Shown: positions 17,777 through 28,700 of the stretch, piece by piece | Layout: each line of letters opens with the position of its first letter | How positions within the stretch are numbered: the first letter of the stretch is position 1 | Source: a virus | Taxonomy: Duplodnaviria; Caudoviricetes | Virus record (IMG/VR): IMGVR_UViG_3300011242_000002 | Location: 96,001-160,000 of that record | Length of the DNA stretch: 64,000 nucleotides | Reading direction: 5' to 3' (one strand) | Translations under genes and position numbers: made by a program | Notes under the pieces: generated by a model | What the model saw: only the letters and a program-made list of their open reading frames with translations | Database searches by the model: none | Told to the model about the DNA's origin: nothing

Positions 17777-18223
17777 TTATTTGTTCTTGTTCATGATGTC
17801 GTCGTACTCGATGTGTTCCACGCCGATATGCGACTCCTGCTCGGAGATGGTGGTGGTAGGCAGGTTACCCAGTTGTGGTGTAGGGGCGGCAGGGGCGTTG
17901 GCGTTGTTACTGCCGGTGCCGTCGGCCAGCATCATGCCACCGCCGTCCATGACACGGTTGATCAAGCCACCGATGGTGCGCTGGAATTCGCCTTCGTTCT
18001 CAGCGGTCTGCTTATCCAGCTCCAGGCGACGCTGTTTCTGAATCGAGTTATCCACCCCGTCCATGGCCGAGAGCGCTACCCGCAGCATTTTCGGGTCTTT
18101 GTCGATGACGCGCTCTGCAGGGTTCTCCGCGGGCGCGTCCATAACGCCGGTGATGATCTTCATGCGGTAGTTCTGCATTTTTTGAATCAACACGTCATCG
18201 CTGTCGAGCGTATTCTGACTCAT
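17777..18223 (-). CDS. Hypothetical protein
   Basis: GGAGGA RBS; 148 aa. Confidence 0.75.
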   Translation of the reverse strand: MSQNTLDSDDVLIQKMQNYRMKIITGVMDAPAENPAERVIDKDPKMLRVALSAMDGVDNSIQKQRRLELDKQTAENEGEFQRTIGGLINRVMDGGGMMLADGTGSNNANAPAAPTPQLGNLPTTTISEQESHIGVEHIEYDDIMNKNK

Positions 18224-18246
18224 ACTTCCTCCAAGAATTTTCAGGA

Positions 18247-18263
18247 CTATATTACTAAGGTGA
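18247..18263 (+). promoter_or_regulatory. Putative early promoter CTATATTACTAAGGTGA
   Basis: Repeated motif in a divergent intergenic gap. Confidence 0.8.
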
Positions 18264-18289
18264 ATGTGGAACTGAATTAAGGACTATCC

Positions 18290-18814
18290 ATGCGGTTCTT
18301 AAAGCGCTTTTTATTAAACCGTCTGCTTTCTGGTTTAGAGAACGCACGATGCGATAATTATAAAATGGAAGATGGCCTGCGGGCACTGGGCGCACTGCGC
18401 AAGGTTATCAATAGCGACAATCCCATAGAATACTTTAGCGTTCGCAAGATGTTAGACGTGCGAATGCGAGTACAGACCCACTGTGCAAACCACCTGCTGA
18501 TCACCCTTACGGAGATCAACAATGGTCTTGTCGGTGAGTCGTCGTCACTCCCGGAACCCCGGATCTTGTACCGGTTCTTGCAAGAGAGCCGCGACCTGAC
18601 GCTGTATGACTGGCTGGTCGATGAGGACAACAACGTGCTCGCGGTACCCGAGTACTATGCGGCCCTCACCACCCAGCTCAATCTGCTGTGTGATCTGGTG
18701 TTCCAGATGGAGGACATCGATCGTGACTACGTCCTGCGCAAACTCACTCCGCTGTACACGGAGCTGTTGGTGGTGTTCGCTGCCACCCTGGACTGTAGCT
18801 TACGAAGTATCTGA
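18290..18814 (+). CDS. Hypothetical protein
   Basis: TAAGGA RBS, 174 aa. Confidence 0.8.
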   Translation: MRFLKRFLLNRLLSGLENARCDNYKMEDGLRALGALRKVINSDNPIEYFSVRKMLDVRMRVQTHCANHLLITLTEINNGLVGESSSLPEPRILYRFLQESRDLTLYDWLVDEDNNVLAVPEYYAALTTQLNLLCDLVFQMEDIDRDYVLRKLTPLYTELLVVFAATLDCSLRSI

Positions 18815-18828
18815 AGGAGCATAACCCG

Positions 18829-19299
18829 TTGGACAAAAAGAAACCAAAAGAGAAGATGGAGGAGCTGCTTACTGACCCCAGTAAGAAAAGCTTTTCCACC
18901 TCGCACTATCTCTTGCGGCTGTGGCGTGAGTTCCTAGCGGCTGAGCAAGTTACACCCTCCAAGTGGACGCGCTTGGTAGCCAGCCACGTTGCTAAGCTAC
19001 GGCAGGTCAAGAGCATGAGTGCGCAGGACATTGGTACGGCACGCGGTAACCTGGTGAAGGTCTTCATCGAGAAACCGACCATGTCGTTCCAGGCGTTGAT
19101 CCGAGGTATGGAGTTTTTAGAATTCACCTCGGTAAAGATTGAGATCACCGGTACGCGACCGGATGGGACCAAGATTACCAACTCCACGACAATTCCGTTA
19201 GTGAAGCGTCGGATGTTCGGCGAAGCCCCCACAACCACCCCAGAGGAGCCAACGACGTCGGGCCCTTCTGATGATGAGATTGGGGACGAGGAAGAGTAA
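18829..19299 (+). CDS. Hypothetical protein with acidic tail
   Basis: AAGGAG RBS, TTG start. Confidence 0.75.
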   Translation: MDKKKPKEKMEELLTDPSKKSFSTSHYLLRLWREFLAAEQVTPSKWTRLVASHVAKLRQVKSMSAQDIGTARGNLVKVFIEKPTMSFQALIRGMEFLEFTSVKIEITGTRPDGTKITNSTTIPLVKRRMFGEAPTTTPEEPTTSGPSDDEIGDEEE

Positions 19300-19311
19300 A
19301 ATACTATAGCC

Positions 19312-19348
19312 GGTGGGGAGACGTCCCCACCTCTATCTCTTTTTTTTT
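19312..19348 (+). terminator. Intrinsic terminator
   Basis: ggtgggga-gacg-tccccacc followed by T-rich run. Confidence 0.75.
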
Positions 19349-19366
19349 GGTTTTCGTGGAGGCCGC

Positions 19367-20431
19367 ATGGCTGTTAATATTGAGAACTCGATTGGTCCGG
19401 CGCTTAAGCAGGCCGGCACGGTCTCTACCGGGGCCGTGTCCAAAGCCACGTCGATGTTTACCGCCGGACTAAAGGAAGACGTCGCGCTGGTGAGCACCAC
19501 CACCAAGAAAGGCATTGCCACCCTCAACGCCTTTAAAGACGACCAGATCAGCTCGGTTAACAACTTCATCAAGAAGATCTCAGGGGGTTCGCTGACCATC
19601 AGCGAGCTCAGCAGCTATATCGATATCCGTAACGGCTTTAAGGTCGATTACATGGGGCTCGGTAAGCGCCTGGGTGAGGCTGCCGGGTTCCCGATTGACT
19701 CGGTACTCAATCTGTCAAACGAAATCAAGCAGCAGGCCATGGACCTGCTGGACGCCTACCAGAATAAAAACTACCTGGGGTTATTGAACGCCGCCGGGAT
19801 TCAAATCGACTCGATGGACGGGTCGTACGAAATGGTCAGTATGCTGGCCGACGTGATCAACCGCTACTCGGCAACCGATTCCGATTTCAACGCCATCGTT
19901 GACCGTACGGCACAGACCGCGTTTCTCAACGTAATGTTGCAGTACACGGTATCATCCGGGTTGTGGGAAGGGATTGATACCCTGCTTAATCAGTACACGG
20001 TAAAACAGGATGGATTGGATGCACTGGCCGCCAGCACGGTGTATGCGGTTAACAACGGTGACGTCTATACCGTGCGCGCCTGCATTGACCGGGTCGGGGT
20101 GGCCAAGGTAAAGGCGTTAAACAGTGAACTGGTGACTGAACTGCTGCGCAACTTCCGCTTTAAGTCCGAGACCACCAACGACGAATACCCGAACTACCGC
20201 ACGCGACTGCTCGACATCCTTAACATGGTGGAACCGGGTTGGGACGTGGTGCAGTTTGGTTCGGTAACTGCTAAGCGCCTGGCGCCCTTCACCCAGTGCT
20301 CGACCGACGTGACCACCTTGTTACAATACGACCCTCAGTACCGGGATCAGGTGCTGATGGCGAAAGCCTACCCGGAACAGGCCAAGCTGGATCTACTCAA
20401 GACCAACTACCCCAACCTGGCGCTACTGTAA
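19367..20431 (+). CDS. Putative virion (tail/baseplate-associated) protein
   Basis: Start reassigned to ATG 19367 (GGAGG RBS); next to tape-measure block. Confidence 0.65.
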   Translation: MAVNIENSIGPALKQAGTVSTGAVSKATSMFTAGLKEDVALVSTTTKKGIATLNAFKDDQISSVNNFIKKISGGSLTISELSSYIDIRNGFKVDYMGLGKRLGEAAGFPIDSVLNLSNEIKQQAMDLLDAYQNKNYLGLLNAAGIQIDSMDGSYEMVSMLADVINRYSATDSDFNAIVDRTAQTAFLNVMLQYTVSSGLWEGIDTLLNQYTVKQDGLDALAASTVYAVNNGDVYTVRACIDRVGVAKVKALNSELVTELLRNFRFKSETTNDEYPNYRTRLLDILNMVEPGWDVVQFGSVTAKRLAPFTQCSTDVTTLLQYDPQYRDQVLMAKAYPEQAKLDLLKTNYPNLALL

Positions 20432-20434
20432 CCC

Positions 20435-20471
20435 GCATAAGAGGCAGGGGTCACCCCCTGCCCTTATGCCG
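20435..20471. repeat. GCATAA-hairpin-TTATGCCG element between convergent genes
   Basis: gcataagaggcagggg-tcac-cccctgcccttatgccg. Confidence 0.75.
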
Positions 20472-20473
20472 CC

Positions 20474-20653
20474 CTATTTGCTGTAGATATCACGCACCGC
20501 TTTTTCACTGTTAACAATCGCATCATCTAAGCGATCGTGAATGCGACGTATCGTGTTACGCTGCTTGGTGAGCTCCGAGGACAGAGCACAAACTAGCAAC
20601 ATCAAGAGCGCAATGATAAACGCCATCCCAATAATGATTTCTTGATTGTACAT
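20474..20653 (-). CDS. 59-aa single-TM protein (not in ORF track)
   Basis: MYNQEIIIGMAFIIALLMLLVCALSSELTKQRNTIRRIHDRLDDAIVNSEKAVRDIYSK; GAGGA RBS. Confidence 0.7.
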   Translation of the reverse strand: MYNQEIIIGMAFIIALLMLLVCALSSELTKQRNTIRRIHDRLDDAIVNSEKAVRDIYSK

Positions 20654-20671
20654 CGCGTGCTTCCTCTTCTC

Positions 20672-22675
20672 CTAGTTACGATAACTTCCCTGCACGAACA
20701 TCTGAATCGTTGAACCGACCAGAGAGTTGGTAAACGTGGCCGCCATCTGGGTTGGTGACACCCACTGCTTGACGTCCAGCTTCGTTTTGGCCAATACGCG
20801 CGCCAGCTTGTCCGAGGTGTAGATCTGCTCGTTCACCCCCATCGCTGCCAGAACGTTCAGGTAGTCCGAGTAGTTGGTGTCGTCGGTCAACAGCTTGTTC
20901 AAGGCCGCGGCTGGGTTGGTCAGATCACCGACGTTTAACGCTGGGTCAATCGGCATGTGCATCAACGGCGACAGATCCACCACCGAGAAGGTCACGTCAA
21001 TACCCAACGGCTGTTTGTCCTGCGTCCAGCCGACGTTGCCGACACCACGCTGAATGGACATGGAATCCACCATCCCCAGACGGGTTTGCGAGCGCCCTTT
21101 GGAATAGGCTTCCACCAGGAACGGTGATGTATAGGCTTGTGCCCCTGCCGAGTGCGGCATCGCCATGTTCAACAAGCACACCAGTGGAATGATCAGGTTC
21201 TGAATACGTGCCACCGGATGACCGTACTGCGAGCGCAGCTTGATGGTGTAGGTTTCGCGTGGTAGCGATACCGTCGAACCCGCCCAGTGCTGCGGGATGT
21301 CGATAAAACCCTGCCCGAGAATAATGTTCGCAATCCCGCTGACGCCGGTACCGGAGATCGCCCCGCGGATGATATCGGAGGCCCCTTCGATCAAGGTGTC
21401 AATACCCGGGATCCCGGTTTGCCCGCCGGCCAGGGTAAACTGTGCCGCGTTGGTCTGGGCCGAGAAGCCGTTGAAGAAGCCGGCCAGGTCGTTGTCCTTA
21501 AAGCTTGAGGAGAAGGATTCGCCAATCGCCCCGTTGTGGTCCACCTTAAAACCAATGAAGGCACCACCGTCGCGCAGCTCAGAGGCCAGGTGGGATTCAA
21601 TCGACTCCATAAAGGTCATCGGCCGTTCCTGGTCGGTCACCTGCACCGTTTGTCCGTTCTGCACCTTCGGGGTACCCGAGCCGGTATCGCCGTCTTCGTC
21701 CACGGTGTAGTTACCTGCTCGCTCCACCCCTTTATGCTGCGGATCACCTTCGGTCCCCAGTCCGGACTTGAAGTACGAGTCCAGGTAGGTCTTCAGGTTG
21801 GAGCTGGGTGAATCACCGGCTTTGTCGGTCCAGTTGTTACCGTGCTTGTAAATCGCCCGAATCGCGGACTCGCGGTTATCAGCCCCTTCCAGTCGGGCAT
21901 TGAGCGCCTGCTGCCAGCGAATCTGCTTACGGGTGGCGCGGTTAGCCAGGTAGAACAAGTCCACCGTCCCGTCGGCTCGCCATAGCCCCGGTAACAGGTT
22001 GGCAATCTGGGAGCGCTCGCTTTTGGTGTACATCGAGAAGTCAAAGGTCGAGACCTTACCCACGTCCGCCAGGTTACCGTGACGGGTGCGGAACACGCGC
22101 GGCACGATCCCCATGTTGATCAGGATCTGGTTGAGCATCCCGGTACAGGCTTTCCAGTACAGCGGCATCGCCGGCTTGGAATAGTAGAACTTCGACTTGG
22201 GAATCCCCGCCAGCCAGCGCACGGTGTTGTAGGTCACCGAAATGGCCTGCACCGGCCAGTGGACGATCGAGGAGGCCAGCTCCGCCATCTTAAACAGCCA
22301 ACCGGGTGAGCGTCCGGTACGCGCCAGGTAGGCGGCGTTGGAGTCAAACATGTTCGACAGGAAAGTAAACATCCCGTTGAACTCCGGCACCCCCATACGG
22401 AAATACACCACGTCGGCGTTGTCGTCAATTGACACCGAGTAGTCAGACCCCATGCCGGAGAACTGGTCGGTCCAAAAGCGTGAGGAGCGAATGTCGCAGG
22501 TCGGCGCCCACTGCGGGGGTGGGTTGATCCAGAAGTTACCCCCAGGGGTGGTGTCCGTAAATTTGTTACGGGCCGCCTGGAAACGACGACGGTCCTTAAG
22601 ACCATCATCCATTGATGTACCCGACAGCATAAAGGCCTGCTGGATATAATCATGATCCTTGATGGTAATTATCAT
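20672..22675 (-). CDS. Virion tail/baseplate protein (phiKZ gp182-like)
   Basis: Start reassigned to ATG 22675 (GGAG RBS); KFTDTTPGGNFWINPPPQ; directly after tape measure. Confidence 0.75.
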   Translation of the reverse strand: MIITIKDHDYIQQAFMLSGTSMDDGLKDRRRFQAARNKFTDTTPGGNFWINPPPQWAPTCDIRSSRFWTDQFSGMGSDYSVSIDDNADVVYFRMGVPEFNGMFTFLSNMFDSNAAYLARTGRSPGWLFKMAELASSIVHWPVQAISVTYNTVRWLAGIPKSKFYYSKPAMPLYWKACTGMLNQILINMGIVPRVFRTRHGNLADVGKVSTFDFSMYTKSERSQIANLLPGLWRADGTVDLFYLANRATRKQIRWQQALNARLEGADNRESAIRAIYKHGNNWTDKAGDSPSSNLKTYLDSYFKSGLGTEGDPQHKGVERAGNYTVDEDGDTGSGTPKVQNGQTVQVTDQERPMTFMESIESHLASELRDGGAFIGFKVDHNGAIGESFSSSFKDNDLAGFFNGFSAQTNAAQFTLAGGQTGIPGIDTLIEGASDIIRGAISGTGVSGIANIILGQGFIDIPQHWAGSTVSLPRETYTIKLRSQYGHPVARIQNLIIPLVCLLNMAMPHSAGAQAYTSPFLVEAYSKGRSQTRLGMVDSMSIQRGVGNVGWTQDKQPLGIDVTFSVVDLSPLMHMPIDPALNVGDLTNPAAALNKLLTDDTNYSDYLNVLAAMGVNEQIYTSDKLARVLAKTKLDVKQWVSPTQMAATFTNSLVGSTIQMFVQGSYRN

Positions 22676-22685
22676 ACCGTACTCC

Positions 22686-22721
22686 AAAGACAAAAGGGCG
22701 ACTGCCAACGGACAGCCGCCC
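22686..22721 (-). terminator. Intrinsic terminator after tape-measure gene
   Basis: Minus strand gggcggctgtc-cgtt-ggcagtcgccc-ttttgtcttt. Confidence 0.7.
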
Positions 22722-22731
22722 CGTGGGGTGG

Positions 22732-25700
22732 TTAGTAGTTACGCTGCAGGGCGATGTTGGCGTTGTCAGCGCCAACCGGTGCGCCACCAAACTGCCGCGG
22801 TGCTTGTGGTGCTGCGGCTGCAGGCGCCGCGACTGGTGGTGCGGCTGCCTCCTTCTCAGCCATGGCTTTGTTGGTGCCCGCGATTTGCTGCAGCGCCTCA
22901 ATCATCTGATCCAGCTTGTCGTTGGTGGTCGCGGTGTTCTGCGCCGTGGTCTTCGCATGGGTGTCGTCAACGGTGACCGGTACCGGGTTAACGGCTGGCG
23001 GCGCACTCGGCGCCGGCTGCGACTGCAGGTTGCTCTTGTTCAGGGCATCTGCATCCGCGGAGGCGGCGGAGTTCGCAGCATTCGGGGTTACCGAGGTCGC
23101 GTTCTCTGTGGCCTGCGCACTTGGCCCGGTGGTCGACTGCATGGACGGTGCGCCCGCTGGCGGTGCGGCGTTGGTGGTTGAGCCCGGAGGCGGCGCCACG
23201 TTCGCGTTCTCACTGCCCGGCTGCGGTTTCGCCATTTCACCCTGCTGTTCCGCCTGCTCCTTCGCCGACTGCCCCATCATCTCTTCCATGGACGGGCCGC
23301 CATCCGAGGTGGAGCCGGTGTCACCCTTGTCCTTGCCGGAGATGATGTCATCGTACTCGCCACCGTCCAGCATCTTGCTGTACTGTGCAGCCAGCTTCTG
23401 GGTGTCTTCCAAGCCAATCGACCCACCGTTAACGATCTTACGCACGCCGGCCACGTCGCCGGCCTTCGCCCGATCGCCGATGTTCTTATTGGCCTTCCAG
23501 AAGTACAGCGCGGAGGCTGCGGCCATGGTCGGATCTTCGGCCACCTGATCCGGATCGTCCACCAGGTCGACGCCCAGGGCTTTCGAGGCCCGGGTGTAGT
23601 TCTCTTTACCCGTGAGCTGGATAAAGCCACGACCGCGGTACTTCCAGCCGTCACCCGGTTCGTTGTTCCCCATGCGGTTGCCGTAGATGCTGTTGGCAAT
23701 GGCCACCGGTCCACCCCCGGCTACCGCCGAAGCGGATTCCATGGTGGGGAAGCGACGTGGCCAAAGCTTCATCATGGTCTGCGGTTTGTAGCGTAGGTTC
23801 TCTTCTACCTGCTTAAAGCCGCCGGTCTCATGGTGGGTATTCGCCAACATGATCGCCAGTTCCTTCTTGTCGGTGATGCCGTTCTTTGCCGCTTCCCGCA
23901 GCATTGCCCGCACCCCTTCTTCGGTCCCCGGCCCCATCTTCAGCGGTTCGACTTTACCGGTGGTGTCGATCCCACCGGCACCGGAACCTGCCGCACCTTT
24001 GTTGTCGTTAAACTGACCACCACCGTAGCTGCCGTTGGTTTGCCCGGTCTTCGGATCGTACACCGTTTCCTGACGCTGAGAGCTGCGCACCAGTCCGTCG
24101 GTACCGCGTACGCCGTTTGACGTCTGCAGCCCGGTACGGGCATCTTTACGCCACTCTTTGTCGGTGGTACCGTCCTCGCTTTGCTTAAAGCCGCCTTTTA
24201 CCGGACGGGCTTCGTACTGCGCCTGCTTGGCGAGTTGCTTCAGGCTGTTGATGTGACCATCAATGATGGAAGCGTCGGTGTTGGTGGTCACCGAATCGCT
24301 CCACGGACTGTCACCAACCGTCCAGATGTTGAGGTCGTTGCGCCCGTCATTGTAGGTCTGTGCAGTCATCGCGTTGATGATGGCAAGCTTGGTCTCTGGC
24401 GGCAGCGTGTTGGCGATCATCGTCGGCTGGGAGTCCCCGACCTGGTTTTTCACCGTGGAGGCAAAGGCCAGGTACGCCGGTAAGAAGCGCCGTGAGAACC
24501 ACTTCGACCAGGAGCTGAATGCACCGATTGATAGCCAGCCATGACCAAAGGAGCTGGCCATGATGTCGAAGACTTCCTTGGTCTTGCCGGTAAACGACAC
24601 ACCCCGACCGGTAAAGGTAATGCGGTTTTGCACCACCAGTTCCAGCTGCAGGAGCACCGCCACCTTATTGACGTCAAGGTTAGGCAGACCGTAGATCTTC
24701 ATTCGGGCTGCGGTCAGGTCATCCAGCGGTTCCCCTTTCTTCGGTAGGATCTTGCCTAAGACATCCTCCACCGATACCACGGTGACCTCTTGTCCCCAGC
24801 CACCGGACAGGGTGTGTCCTTCCAGGTTGGCACCCTTCAGTTTCCCGCTCGGCGGCTTGATAGCGTCGACCACCCCTTTATCCAGGTGCTGCTGACGACT
24901 ACGGTCTTCATTACCGGTTAACATTACCGACGTCGACTTCACGTTGGCCCCGGTATCTTTGATCTGCGCCTTCAGCTTAGCAATCACGTCCTGAACCGCA
25001 CCGGTGGTTTGCTGCATGTCCATGGCCGGCTGGGTGTTAAAGAGCATGCCGTTCCAGCGGTACGGATGGTCAATGGTCGCGTCAAACTCCTGACAGCGTT
25101 TGGCCATTTCGTACTTGGTGGCATTGTCCTTTGAATCATCCAGCGACTGGAACTCGGTGCTTGGGAACAGCTGTTTGGCAACCGCCACGTGGGTTAAGAA
25201 CACCGGCTTGAAGCGTTGCACAAACCAGCCACCAAAGGACTCCACCTCATCACGGCTGTCCGGGTTCTCAATGAACGGTCGGGCCAGCTCGGCAAGCGGG
25301 AGTTTCGGATCCAGCATTGCCTTGCCGGAATCGGTCAGCTTCACGTACTTCAAGCAGGCCTGTTCCAGGGCAAAGATCTTGCCGGTGTAGTCGCCGTTGA
25401 TGGAATCCAAGCCGTACTGGTACAGACGCATCTGCTGCAGTAAGCCCGGTGACTTGATCCATTTGTAGAGCGACGAGCCAATGGCTGAGCCACCCATCGC
25501 CCCCAACGCCCCGCCGACTACGCCGCCGATAAAGGTCCCCACGACCGGTACCACGGAACCAATGGCCGCACCGGCTGCCGCACCGGCAAACCCACCGGCC
25601 ATTCCGCCGGCTGAATCCGCGACGCCCTGCATGTCCTGATCCTGCCAGGACTGGTAAGCCTCAAAACCACCAACCGCCAGCGAGCCAATGGCCGGGATAC

Positions 25701-28700
25701 GTTTGGCTAACGTGTTCGCACCGCCACGCAGTAACCAGGACGTTCTGCCCGCCATACGCCCTGGCTCACCGCGCAGCCAACGCGCACCGCGTCCCAGGGT
25801 GTTACGGGTAAGCCAGTTAGCCGCCCGACCCAGTTTACCACGCTGCGGGCGGTTACGCTCCTGACGGCGACGCAGACGCTCACGCGCGCGTTCACGACGA
25901 TCACCGCGGGTGCTGCGCTCATCACGATCCGCACCCCCCTCCTCATCGCCAGGCCCGAATGCATCATTCACCTGATCGAGCAGCTCGCTGCCGGTGCTGG
26001 CCGCGTCTTTGGCCTTAAAGATCCCACCAATTAAGCTACCCAGCGATTTCAGCCAGTCCAGCTTCAGGAAGCTTGCCAGTGCACCGAAGATGCCGAACTT
26101 GGTAAAGCCGCCAAAGAGTCCGGTAACACCAGACCAGATGCCGCTGATCAACCCGAACAGTGACGTGGGTTTATCCTTCGGCTTGCCGTCCTTGTCAACC
26201 TTTTCTTTCTCCCCCTTCTCTTTCCGCTTGCGCATCAGATCCAGCCAGGAGTTTTCCCGTACCCCGTCACCGTCGGTGTCGCCTAAGGCCTTGTCCTTCT
26301 TCTTACGGAAGAACTGCCACAGCATTTTCGCACCCTTGTAACCCAGGATTGCCGGTCCAACGGTCGCCCATTTGGTCATCGTCAGCACGCCGCTGCTGTA
26401 CAGTTTGCCCATGCCGAGCATCTTAGCGACACGCCCACCCTCAAAGGACTTCATTCGCCCGCTCAGGGTCTTGAGGAAGCCTTTACGCTCTTCTACCCCT
26501 GTGCTGAGGGCATCCGGGTTACCGGTGATCTGGGCAATGGCGGCGTCCTTGGCCGCGGCCATCTGATCGCGTGCGGAGGCGCTAACCGAGATTAACTCTT
26601 TTAACAGCGAATTGGTTTCGGTCGCCACCACTACTTCGGCAGACGGTTCTTCCGGCACATCGGCAGCCCCCGGCGGTGGTGTCAACGGTTCACGCAATCC
26701 CTGCACGGTTTCTTTCGCACGGTTGACGATATCAACGTCGGTCAGATCAGCCTTCACTTCGTCGATCCGCTCGCTAATCCCGCTGCGCAGTGACGACAGG
26801 TTCAGCGCCTGCATTTGGTGTTCCAATGAACCGATCAAGGCTTCGGCCTGCGACACCGCCGCGTTATAGGCCTCTTCGCCTAACTCTTCCTTGTTGAGGT
26901 TTTTGATCTGGCTACGAATATCGGCGATCACCGCGACGCTACGCTGCTTGACCTCTTCAATGCCTTTGCGAATATCAATCTCACTGCCGGCACGGGCGAC
27001 ACGCTTGAGCTGTTCCACCAGGGTGTCGTACTTGTCGATGGCGTTGTCAAACAGTTTGCTCAAGGCTGCCTTGGTCATGCTGATTCGCAGGCGACGGGTA
27101 GTGTCCGCGGCGGTATCACGTCCACGTCCCAGCAGGTCGTTTACCCTATCCTTGGCGTTACTGGCCACGTCACTGACCCCCAGGTCATCCAGGGTACCCT
27201 TGAGGCGATCCTTGGCCTTGTCACGCAGCTCATCGATGGCACCGGTATCCATGCGATCGGTCAGTTCACGCTTCTTCTCCCCCTCCTCGCTGTCTTCCAT
27301 GTCCGGACGGTAGTTCGGGTTAGCGATGAACTTCTTCATCATATCCCAGTACATGTCATGGTTAAAGACTTCTTTCCCGTTGACACGCTGGATGATCCCC
27401 ATCTCTTTCAGCATCGCGCGCTGACCGCCGTTGGCCAAGGCGTTGACCGACTCCTGCACGTCCGGCATATACTGCATCTGCGACTGCATGTTGGTGGCTA
27501 CCTTCTTGCGCAATTCGGCAATGGCAGCGGTGTCACCAATTTGATATTTGCCAAAGAGCTTCGCCTTTCCTTCCGCTTCCTTGGTCTCAAAGCGCTTGTG
27601 CAGGAACTCGTTGATCTCCTTGATCGTTTCCGGTTCGGCATTGACCCAGCCGGAGTCGCTCAGGTAGTTGTTGATGTTAAAGCCGTCACCGGCATCGGCA
27701 TCACGGGCAAAGCGCATCGCCAACGCAATGCGGGCATTAGGCGACAGCTCTTCTTCCGGATCGAGCATTTCCACCATGCCGTTAAAGGAGCCGGCGGCGG
27801 ACTGGAACTCGCTGCGGTTAAAGATGCTGGAGCGGATATCCGCCTTCACGCGGGCCTTGGTGGTAAAGGCACCCTGCTTATGGTTAAAGGCTTCCTCGGC
27901 CGGCGCTTTCTCACCACGCCATTCGGCCAGCAGTCGCTGCTGAACGGACAGCTGCTGGGTCAAGAGTCCCGGGATGACCTCTACCAGGGTACGTCGCTGC
28001 ATCAGGTCCCACTGGGCGGGCTGGGTCAGGTCCTTGATCCCCGGCGTGGTCACGCGGGTCTTGTTCCCCTGGGTAATCGGAATGTTAAACAGGGCGTTGT
28101 TCAACATCGGGTTCAGCACCCCTTTTTGCAAACGGGTGTACCATTTGTTTTTCGGGTCGAACTCGTTGTAGTACTCATCGAACTGACTGCGGTTACGCAA
28201 CCAACCGTTGACCAGACCCGGAGCCGACTCCGCGTAGTAGCTGAGGTTGTGCCCCATGCCGTTGGCCGTGCCGTTGCGTTCCATACGACGACGTACCAGG
28301 TTCTGCAGCAGGAACGGCATCGCCGAGGCCGCCATGTTACCGAGGGCTGCACCTTTATTACGCGCCCCGTTCATTGCCCCGGACATCTTCGCCTGCTGCC
28401 CGGCCCGCATCGCAGCGGCTAACCCGCTGGCGGTGGACGACCAGCGACTGTCGGCGTTCTGTGAGGCGTTGTCAATCAACCCGTAGAGCGAATCGTACAG
28501 GTGGTTACCGTAGCGAGAAAACGTAGACTTCAGGGCACCCGCCCCGGTGGTCTTACGCACGAGCTTTTGATGACCTTCGGACTTGACCGCTTTCTCCATC
28601 TCGGTTTTCGCCGAGTTAGCAACCAGCCCCGAGAAGGCTTCAAGCGAGCGCTTGTAGTACTGCTCCTGCATCTTGGCAATCGAGATGTCAAGCTTGTAGT

